From Neophaeotheca triangularis (taxonomy: Eukaryota): DNA of 64,000 bases. Location of the stretch: contig BAAIJX010000027.1 in NCBI GenBank assembly GCA_054600435.1, positions 1 to 64,000 on the forward strand. The letters run 5' to 3'. The stretch's first letter is position 1. Each line of letters begins with the position of its first letter. The position numbers were made by a program, and so were the translations under genes. Positions 48,416-57,420 of the stretch are shown one piece after another. The notes beneath the pieces are model-generated. The model was given only the letters and a program-made list of their open reading frames with translations, was not told the DNA's origin and ran no database searches.

Positions 48416-49553
48416 ATGAGCAAAACCAAACTCTACCGCCCCGTCAGCGGCCCCTGCACAGTCATGCCACCCACCCCACCACGATCCCCAAACACAACAA
48501 CCATCCAAGACCTCCTCGCCACCCACTTCCCCGGCACCATCACAGCCCTCAAACCCCTCCCAAACAGCCTCTACCGCACCCACATCATCACCACGAGCGA
48601 AGGAACCTACTACCTCCTCCGCACAATCCCAGCACCAACAACCCGCCTCCTCCGCCACGAGCAAAACCGCCTAGAAGCCGAAGCGACCCTCCTAACCCAC
48701 CTCCACAGCCACAACCACCATTCCAACAACCATAATCACGCCCACGCCCAAAACAATCCCCTCCCCAAATCCCTCTCCTACAGCCCCCGACACCCCTACC
48801 CCCACAGCCTCTCCGGCCCCTACCTTCATCACCACCACAACAAAAACAACAACAACAACAACAACAACAAGCCCCCCACCCTCCCCCTCCCCCCCAGCCT
48901 CACCAACACCCACCCAAACCCCTTCGGTTTCCTCCTCCCCGTCCTCAAAACCCACGGTTCCGCAACCTGGAGCACCGCCTTCACCGGCATGCTGGAGTCG
49001 CTCCTCGCCGACGGCGAAGACGCCTTGGTCAACCTGCCCTACACCGGGATCCGCTCCGTGGTGCGCGCGAGTCCGGTCAGAAGCGCGCTGGACGCGGCGT
49101 GTGCCGGGGGCGCCGAGTTATTCTTGCTCGAGGGGGGAGGGGGTGATGGTGATGGAGGGTGGGGGGATTTCTCGACGCCGGTTCTGGGGGATCCTGGGTT
49201 GAGTGAGGCTGCTGTTATTGTTGCTGTCGAGGGGGGGTTGGAATGTGGAGGTGGTGGTGGTGGTCGTGGTGGGGATGCGACGACGACGCTGAGGCGGTTG
49301 TGGTGAGGATTCTTTCCTTTCCTTTCCTTTTTTCTTTTTTTTTTTAATTCTTTCCTCCCGCGAGCTGCGCCGCTGACTTTTACGCGTGTCTTCTTCCAGT
49401 TACTCGCTCTATCATTCGCTCCTTGCCATCGTGAGACAGACCTACCGTCCGCAGGCCGAGGACCGCGAGTTGAAATCTCGCAAGGTTTTGACCACTAGTC
49501 TGCGCGAGTTGCAAAGCATTCTCAGTCGCGTTGGCGCGACAAACGGTGGTTGA
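48416..49553 (+). CDS. Degenerate aminoglycoside-phosphotransferase/kinase-like protein (probable pseudokinase); intron 49303-49399
   Basis: RLLRHEQ..LEAEA, TWSTAF..MLESLLADGEDALVNLPY, DF..VLGDP and spliced C-terminus YSLYHSLLAIVRQTYRP..ELKSRKVLT resemble a fungal APH-like family (family call from recall, not searched). Confidence 0.72.
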
Positions 49554-50529
49554 AAGGGCTCGCGCTCTTTTCTCCAGCTTTAGGCGACGTTTCGAGGCGG
49601 CTTCTGGCCTCGTCCTAGTCCGGCGCTGTGCACGAACGATCTTTCTTCTCTACATCTCGGCCGAACGACCACGCCGCCCGCTTTCGATGGGCCCGGCGAG
49701 CAGGCTGTTTCCGCCTCCGCTTGTTCGCCGGTGTCGGAGGCTTTTTTCTTTTTTTTCATCCCCACGAACATACATCTGTACGCCAGAAAAAAGGCGGAAA
49801 AGAGGAGGTGGGGACGCGGGGGAAAAAGGTTTCCCGCGCCACTTGGCACGCACTCAAGGGCTTAGCGAACGGGCTGCGCGGCGTGGATGGCCAATTGGGC
49901 CAATCGCGAGCGAGATGCGAAAAGCGTGCGAGAGCCGGTGAGGGTGATGGTGTTGCTCGGCGACAAAAGGAGAGACGTGAGATGGAGGCATTAGTGTCCG
50001 TGGCCGTTTCCGGCTGGCTGATGAGGGGGTGTTCAATCTGAGCTGGAAACCCCCAGGGGACCTGCCACTAGCCACCGACCGAGACGCGCCCGGTCGTTGT
50101 CGTGGCTGCAGTCGTGGGCATTGTGTGTGCTTCTCGGCACCGTGGGGGTTTTCGCGAGTTGTCTGGTGGGTGATGCGGAGGTTCGGCGACTCTTCGGCTG
50201 GGGAAGAAGCTCTCCTTTTTTTTACTTTTGTTGGCTTTGTTCCTAGTCGTGCCTACCTAAGTATTGGTTCTCATCCAAGAACCTAGCCACGTGTTAGTTT
50301 GCTGGTGTGGTGCGGTTTCGCGGTCTTGTTGAAATCGCTCGGGGGACCCACGGACAAAAGTCTGTGGTAATTTGGTGTGGATAGTAGCTGGTCGTGCCTC
50401 AGCTTGAGGGCGTCGTAGGGATAGGTGGCTAAGCGTTGTCCAAAGCCGCAAATTCCCTCTCCTCGCCCGCCGGTCTTACCATTCACACATGCGGCGAGAA
50501 GGAGACCGTCCACAACTACGACAGCGACC

Positions 50530-51687
50530 TCACGCAACCCCCTCTGCCTCCCTATCCGCGCCACCACCCACACTCCCATTCAACTCCCACCGAACCTGCG
50601 CCCCCAAACTCCCCTCGCGATTCAGTTCCCCCTCGTCACCAGCCCCCTCACCCCTCAAACCCTTCACAACCTTCTCCAACCTCGCCACCCCCTCCCCCAC
50701 CCCCTCCAACCCCTTCTCCAACCGCCCCTCCGCCACCTCCCTCTCCCTCCGACTCTGATCATGAAAATTCGCACTCGAACTCCTCCACTTCTCCTCCCGA
50801 GCCATAGCCTTATCCGCGGCGGCTTTGCGGCAGTTCTCCAGCCAGGGTAGGGTTTTGGTGTTGATGTTGGACAGTTCGGCCATGACGGATGAGTTGGAAG
50901 CGTTGATGCTCTGGCCGAGAATATGCTGCACCGAGTCGAGCTTTTTCGTTACAGTTGCGAGGTTTGTTGTTAGCGTGGTGTTCGTGGTGTTTAGCGTGTC
51001 GTAGAGCCAGGAGGCTTGGGATTGCCATTGCGGTTGGTGGGTGCGGAGGAGCTGGAGGGTTTCCGCGGCGGTGGTGGGGGTCGTTTGGGTTTGGGTTTGC
51101 AGCAGGGTGAGGATTTCGCGGAGCATGCTTTCTGTGCTGCGAGGTGAGGGGCGGGTCGAGGTTATGGTTAAATCTTGGTCTTCATCTGCGGTGATGGAGG
51201 TGCGGGGTCGTTTCCGAGCGGGTTCGTCACTGTAAATATCGTCGTGGGTTGTTTCTCGTGGGGCTCCGGGTCGAATGGAGGAGGTACGCCGGCCGTTGGG
51301 TGCTGTTGCTGTTGCTGCTGCCGCTGTCACTGCTGGGGAGCTCTCGACAGCTGCCATGGCCTTTGCGGCGACGTTTTGCGCCGAGGAAGTTGAGGCATGT
51401 TTTCTTTTCTCCTCGAAGGCGGCGAGGTTGAAGGCACTGTCGCGTACTGTCACGGAATATGTGTGCTCCTTGGCTTGGGGCGCGGCCACGCGAATGCTAA
51501 TGTTGGCAGCCACTTGCATGGGTCCCTCGTTTGGTAGGATCCGGTGCAAATCTTCCTGAAGCCGTGTCATGAGTTTTCTAATCTCGGCGCGACGGTCAAA
51601 GGTTGCGTTTAAGACGTTAGGATCTCCGTCGAAGCTGTGTTGGACGTCAAAGGGGGTTGAGTCGATTGTGGGAGTGGCTGGTGGCAT
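50530..51687 (-). CDS. Hypothetical protein with C-terminal coiled coil (385 aa)
   Basis: Long intronless ATG-initiated ORF; helical C-terminus (LPWLENCRK..REEKWRSSSANFHD). Confidence 0.82.
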   Translation of the reverse strand: MPPATPTIDSTPFDVQHSFDGDPNVLNATFDRRAEIRKLMTRLQEDLHRILPNEGPMQVAANISIRVAAPQAKEHTYSVTVRDSAFNLAAFEEKRKHASTSSAQNVAAKAMAAVESSPAVTAAAATATAPNGRRTSSIRPGAPRETTHDDIYSDEPARKRPRTSITADEDQDLTITSTRPSPRSTESMLREILTLLQTQTQTTPTTAAETLQLLRTHQPQWQSQASWLYDTLNTTNTTLTTNLATVTKKLDSVQHILGQSINASNSSVMAELSNINTKTLPWLENCRKAAADKAMAREEKWRSSSANFHDQSRREREVAEGRLEKGLEGVGEGVARLEKVVKGLRGEGAGDEGELNREGSLGAQVRWELNGSVGGGADREAEGVA

Positions 51688-52200
51688 TTTTGCTTGCCTT
51701 ATGAGTAATGGGGAGAAATCTTGGTCCGTCTCGAGGAGGATGCGAGGGAGTAGGCAGCAAACAAATTGGCGCTTTGCTGTCGCGTACTGTAGGTAGTCGT
51801 GTGATAGAGGTCAAGATTCAGGACGCGTGCCGTGGGGCAATAGCACAGATAGTGGTGGAATCAGCGGATTTGATTAAGATGCTCAGTATTGCTGCTTAAA
51901 GCCGAGGGGAGTCAAGGTAGCTAGGTAAGAGGGAAGTGTGTTGTTAGATGCTCCGTCGTCAGAAGGCGTCGCTGGGAGGGAAGAAAGATGCATGGATGTC
52001 GCGCTGAATGAAGGAATAGGTGGTAATAAGGTGAGAAGAATGATAAGCAAGGTAAAGAATCAAAGTCTCGCTGGATGGGGGTGGATGCGCTCCAATGAGA
52101 GCCTTTAGACTGGCAGCCCACTTCTTGGCGTGATGGGAGCCTGAGGTTGACTTGGGTTGGAGTCGATGTTCGTCCCACCCGTTCGACGGGACACGGCTGT

Positions 52201-52262
52201 AGCCTGAAGCCCGAAGCCTGAAGCCTGACGGGTGCCTGAAACCTGAAGGCCGACCTGACGGG
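52201..52262. repeat. Short degenerate tandem repeat of GCCTGAA/CCTGACGGGT units in a divergent intergenic region
   Basis: agcctgaagcccgaagcctgaagcctgacgggtgcctgaaacctgaagg..cctgacgggt. Confidence 0.7.
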
Positions 52263-52723
52263 TACACCTAGGAGGTACCTCCAACAACCACCATCACTCC
52301 ATACCTACCTGCTATATGTTACTACCATCTACCATCTTTTGCCCGCTTCTTGTTGCCATGTTGCCATGTTGCATGGTCCAAAGCAGACGACAGCAGCATG
52401 CGCCGCCATTCACCACCCAAGACGCACCCCAGGCTTGTCTTGTCTTGTCTGGTCGCAGTCTAGCCACCTGCATCAAGATTCGCTTAGACCAGCCTCGAGG
52501 ACCAAATACCTCAGCCACAACAAAAGAAGCTCGAATCTCTTGCTTTCCCTCTGGAACCGTCCGAGTGTGAGGTGATATCACCCTTCACCTATACCTCCCG
52601 AGCTCCCCTTCCCCTTCTCCACCCCCAGACCTTCACACTTATCGCGCCCATCACAACCATCGACCAGTCGTCTCCGGGATCGTCGGACTAGCTCGCTGCT
52701 CTCTAACTTCCCAGCCACGGCCA

Positions 52724-54877
52724 ATGGCTCTGCGACGGTGCAACGAGAGTGAAGATGAGTATTACTATCGTTCGGCTTCTTCAGGCCACGACCTTCACAA
52801 TGCGCATCGCAGCATCCAAGACGACATCGACCAAGACAGCGACATCGAAGGCCCACCTATCCACCCCGTCTCTGCCATGCAAGACGCCTTTGAAGAGTCA
52901 ATCTTCGAGTCGGCCGAAGACGATTCCAACCACAGGTCAGAGTCTAGCATAGCAGACCGCGACCCCGAGACGAGGCGGCAGAAGCTGCTCCAGACCAAAC
53001 ACTACGACGACTCGTGGACAACAAGGTGGAAACAGGCGCCGGGAGCTCGCCATCATCCGCTGTTGAAGCTGATGGCTCAGATAGTATTTGGAATGCATCT
53101 TCTTCACCAGCAGCAAGCAAAGTCAAATGAGGAAGTCGTCAAAATCCTGCAGAATCACGTCGATGATGTGGATGGCTTCTTGGAGAAGACGACCGAGGAT
53201 TTAAATTTGGCAATATCGGATATCGAGGAGCGTCTGCGCAATCTTAAGCTACCCATGACGCACCTGGACGTCTTTGATATAATGCTGGATGACAAGAAGT
53301 TTCGGACAGAACTGGTCGCTGGTAACGACAAGATTGAGAAAATCATTGATCGCACAGCCAAAGCAATGGGTGCTGCACTGTTGGACGTACAAAAAGGAAT
53401 CGAGGCTGTTGAGCTACTCGGGAGGTATTTGGAGAATGTACGCGATGAGTGGCCGAAAGATAAAGGGGACTTGCGCTCGATATACTCTGCAATGTGCGGG
53501 AATGAGCAAGGCTGGATCAAGGCTTTGAACGTCCTTCAAGCAAAAGGCAAAACCCTCGGCGATCTATTGAGACAACTCGGTACTGTCATTGGAGAATTGT
53601 CGAAGCTTGCAGCTGCAGCAAGTCGCCGTAACAAAGCACAGAGCCAGGCCATCTTAGCAGAAGGCAACGGCCGGGATAGGCAGCTGTCGACCTCGCCACA
53701 ATCAAAGTATTCTCGACGAAAGAAACTCTCACTCGACAAACCCTTACCACTAGAACCCGGCGCGGCTCCCGGAGCTTCTCGCACCCCATCCGCCAAAGCA
53801 CACCCAGTCCCCTACGCCGAGCGCTTCGAAACACCCCGGCAACAGCCCCTGCCCCCAAGAAGCCCCCAATCGATGAAAGCCAAGCAGCCCGACCGTCCAA
53901 CTCACGAATCCTCACCACCCCGCCCCAAAACCGCTCTCGCAATGGCACCTCGAGACCCACAAGTCCAACCCCAAAGCTCCACAGCCGAACTCGCCTCGTT
54001 CCTTAAACACTCCGACCCTCGCGGCGAAAGCCCCTACAAAACACCCCTGCGCTCGCATACCGAACCCACCACAACGACAACGACAACCACCCCGACCGTC
54101 CGCAAACCCACTCAATCCAAAGGCATAACAACCACCTACCTCCACCGCAACTCACGCACGCAAACCCCCAGCCAACGACAACAACACATCGCAACGCCAC
54201 CACCAAGCACGACCCGAACAGCCGCAGACATAAATCAAAACCTCCAACACGCGACCGCGACTGCGATCGCGACCCCCGTGACAACGGGAACAGCAGAACC
54301 CCGCCCCTCAACCCCGACAACCGCTCTCCCGCCCCTCGAAAATAAACCCCCCGAATTACAGCAATCGCCTGCCCGCGCGCCTAGTTTCGCTCGCCGCCGC
54401 ATGTCCTCTATCCGCCGGAAAAAAGTTCCTTCATCCCTACCCGCTGAGGAAGGGAAAGCGGTGGTCAATGCTGCGGATTCTCAATTTCCGAATGAAGGGT
54501 CTGCGGCAAAGGGTTCGGAAGCTGAGGTTGAACGACCGCAACCGCAGCGCTCGGGCTCGAGGTTGGGGTTATTTCCCGCTAGTGGAGGGCCGGGGAGTAC
54601 GGCGGGGAGTGTGAGGAGTTTTGGCGGGGTTAGTGGGGCGGGTGGGAGCGGGACGGGGGAGGGGCAGGCTGGTGAGGAGGGCGATGGAAATGGGAACGGG
54701 AATGGGAATAGTGGTGGCAACGGCAGTGCTAACCGGGGGTCAGGTGCTAGCGCTAAGCCCGCGGACAAAGAAAAGGTGGAAAGTGCGGCGGTTGATTCCG
54801 AACGGAGCAAGAAAGGGATCAAAGGCTTCCGCTGGCTGAGTCGAGGGAAGAGCAAGAAGGGGCTGCAGGCGGCTTGA
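52724..54877 (+). CDS. Hypothetical protein: N-terminal coiled-coil domain and Pro/Ser/Thr-rich disordered tail (717 aa)
   Basis: Long intronless ORF; heptad-rich HPLLKLMAQIVFGMHLL...AAAASRR region. Confidence 0.85.
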   Translation: MALRRCNESEDEYYYRSASSGHDLHNAHRSIQDDIDQDSDIEGPPIHPVSAMQDAFEESIFESAEDDSNHRSESSIADRDPETRRQKLLQTKHYDDSWTTRWKQAPGARHHPLLKLMAQIVFGMHLLHQQQAKSNEEVVKILQNHVDDVDGFLEKTTEDLNLAISDIEERLRNLKLPMTHLDVFDIMLDDKKFRTELVAGNDKIEKIIDRTAKAMGAALLDVQKGIEAVELLGRYLENVRDEWPKDKGDLRSIYSAMCGNEQGWIKALNVLQAKGKTLGDLLRQLGTVIGELSKLAAAASRRNKAQSQAILAEGNGRDRQLSTSPQSKYSRRKKLSLDKPLPLEPGAAPGASRTPSAKAHPVPYAERFETPRQQPLPPRSPQSMKAKQPDRPTHESSPPRPKTALAMAPRDPQVQPQSSTAELASFLKHSDPRGESPYKTPLRSHTEPTTTTTTTTPTVRKPTQSKGITTTYLHRNSRTQTPSQRQQHIATPPPSTTRTAADINQNLQHATATAIATPVTTGTAEPRPSTPTTALPPLENKPPELQQSPARAPSFARRRMSSIRRKKVPSSLPAEEGKAVVNAADSQFPNEGSAAKGSEAEVERPQPQRSGSRLGLFPASGGPGSTAGSVRSFGGVSGAGGSGTGEGQAGEEGDGNGNGNGNSGGNGSANRGSGASAKPADKEKVESAAVDSERSKKGIKGFRWLSRGKSKKGLQAA

Positions 54878-55704
54878 AAGGGCGTGCTAGCCATCTTTTT
54901 TTTTTTCCCCCTCTTCTTGAACGTTTTTGGGCCTCGCGTTCCTTCCCTTCTTTTCTTCCCCGTCCGTGGGTCTTGTCTGCAGTCCTCTTTTCCCTTTTTG
55001 AATCTGGACATCCTATTTACTCCTCGGCGAAAAACATGTTTTATAGCTGCGCGAGTTCTCTGAGGCTCTAGCCGAATGACTGGCTTGGGCTTGTACATGG
55101 GTTTTCTCCATCGCATTGGCGGTGATTGGTGATCTCGATGATTTGGGCGGTTCGTTTTTGGATACGAAGGGTGGAGATTGTGACGGCCTGAGGCGTGATG
55201 ATGGAAACGAGTTTTGCCCTGGTGCTCCTTACGCGCGGGCCTGGCTGCCTTTTTTTTTTTTTTTTAGAGGTAGCTGTTTGTTCCCCGGGGCTTTTTCTGA
55301 TTGATGTGGATTAAGGATTCTGTAGGGTATGTTGTAATGTATAGTAGTTTGTGGCATTTTGTGTAGGGTTGGTTGTGGTTAGGGTAGGGTGCACAGGTCA
55401 TTTAAGGGGTAGTTTCAGTCCACAGGCTTTCTCTTAATTCGGCCGCTTTGCGTGTGTTTGTGTGTCTGTGTACGTGCATGTCTACCTTCTCGTTCAATTG
55501 TGTAGTGTAGGTCACTAAGTTTGATATATGGAAGATTAGGGTTATATAGGAGAAGTTCCCTTCCATTCCCTCAACCCCTGGTTCGACTCGATGGCTCCCA
55601 CCATTTCCCGTTGGCCGGGTAGCAGAACGTCTCATCCGCAGGCGAGTTTCTCGTTTAGAAGCAGGAGCATCACGCAAGCCCAAGATCTATAGAGCCCATC
55701 ATCT

Positions 55705-56923
55705 TCACGACGTATCCATGCCCGTGACCGGGGCCTCGCTTGTTTCCGCCGTCGATGCCTCTGCAGAAGCACCCGTTGCCAGAACCTCCACACCCGCACT
55801 TGCACTTGCACCCGTGCGCGCATCCGCGTCCGTCTCTGCTGGCGGTGCTTCGAGAGCTTCCGCGATCACCTCCTTGGGCGTGGGCTCGAAGATCTCCGCG
55901 AGATTGAAGCGTTTGAGCCGCTCGAAACTGTTGTCTACGACGCTCATGCCGCAGATGTTCTGTGGTGGAGAGGGATTTTGTCAGTTTGCCGTCTCGACGG
56001 CACTTTGAAGGGGCTTTTTGCACGCACCTGGTAAACTTCCACTGTAATCAGGAGGTCGTAGTTATTGAGATCGACCCTGTGACCGGGCCCGACGGCCGTG
56101 GCGACTTGCTTGATGATGGCGTTGCGGTTGAGTTGGTTGGAATTGCGGATGGTGGGGCGGATGGCAAACTACCCACACGATACATCAGTGGTTAGACACG
56201 CCACGTGGACGAGCAAGGAAGCACGAACCGTCCGAGGCGTGACCGGGTCCTGGTGGAAATGAGGCCGGAGCACCTCTTGCGCCACCTTCTCCAGCCCCTC
56301 GGGCGAAGCTCTCCCCATGACCGTCATCGGCGACAGTCTCTTGACGAACCGCGTCCGCTTGCGTGAAGCATTGCCGAGAGCGTCTTCGCAAATCTTCTGG
56401 ACCAGGGAGACCGGTTCCACGGGCGCGACGGTCCGGAAGAAGACGACGCACTGCACGTCGATTCGCACGGGGGTGAAGAGCTGCGCCGTCACGGGCTTCT
56501 TGATGCCGGCGATCTCGGCTTGGATCTCGTCTTCGATGCTCTCTTCGCCTGCGGCTTCGGTTGCTTCGTCGGTGCCGGGTAGTTCGGGGCCGTAGATGGT
56601 GTCGGCGTATTCGGCGAAGAGGTCGCGGAGCTCGCCAATGGCTTTGGCTTCTTTGCCTTTATTGCACGTCGCCCAGATGCCGCTGTCGCCTGGTTGAATC
56701 ACTTTGGCTTGGACGGCGCCGCGGTGGTTGCGGTTGTTGCTCTTCCAGGGGTTTTTGTTGCCCTGGATAAGTTGGTTAGAGGTGAGTCCTGGCTCTTCAC
56801 TGCTGCTTGTTGTTTCCAGGCAGGTGAGGCCACGATACGGCTGTCCTGCTGACTTACTTTCGCGCGCTTATCTTGGTTCCCCGATGCATCGTCGTCTGCT
56901 TTGCGCTTTGATCCGGCTTCCAT
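55705..56923 (-). CDS. TAN1: THUMP-domain tRNA-binding protein (tRNA acetylation adaptor); 4 exons
   Basis: IQPGDSGIWATC..GKE, RTRFVKRLSP, FAIRPTIRN, HRVDL.NYD..I.VEVYQ/NICGMSVV, LKRFNLAEI after splicing. Confidence 0.9.
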
Positions 56924-57420
56924 GGTGAGGATTTCAGGAGATCGATGTGGTGTCGGGATATACTTCCAAAAGTTGCAAGTGGCTGCCGTTTGGCGGGAAA
57001 GAGTGGCAACCAAATTCGTCAGCGCACGTACCTGAAAGGGAAAACGTCCACAAATTGGTACAACGACTATGAAGTTGAATACTTACATTGGTACGTAACT
57101 TGATTTGCAGTCTGGACGGCGATATGGCTCCTTTGCAATTTCGCTCCAACCACAACACTCACCCTAAGGTATGGGGCCCCGACATCCGACATCGCTACGC
57201 CCTAAAGCAGCGTAGGTGGGGGCGAGGATTCCACCGAGTCCACTTCCAAGAAGACACGTCACACGACATACGTAGTTCTGACGGCTATAAATGATATGAC
57301 TGGAAGGGATACAGTCAGATAGTGAGTCAAGCATTATCAACAGGTGAAATATGGAAAGGAGCAAAGTCGCCCGTCGAGAACTTCATCAAAATCAATCCGC
57401 AACTCTGCATAATACACCCA

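Larger units (their letters stand above)
47280..50480 (+). ncRNA. Putative ~3.2-kb end-to-end folded RNA (very long structured 5' and 3' flanks enclosing the APH-like gene)
   Basis: More than ten colinear long-range complementary segments, e.g. perfect 12-mer 47905-16/50025-36, 47463-72/50361-70 and 47433-41/50385-93; boundaries are approximate. Confidence 0.55.
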
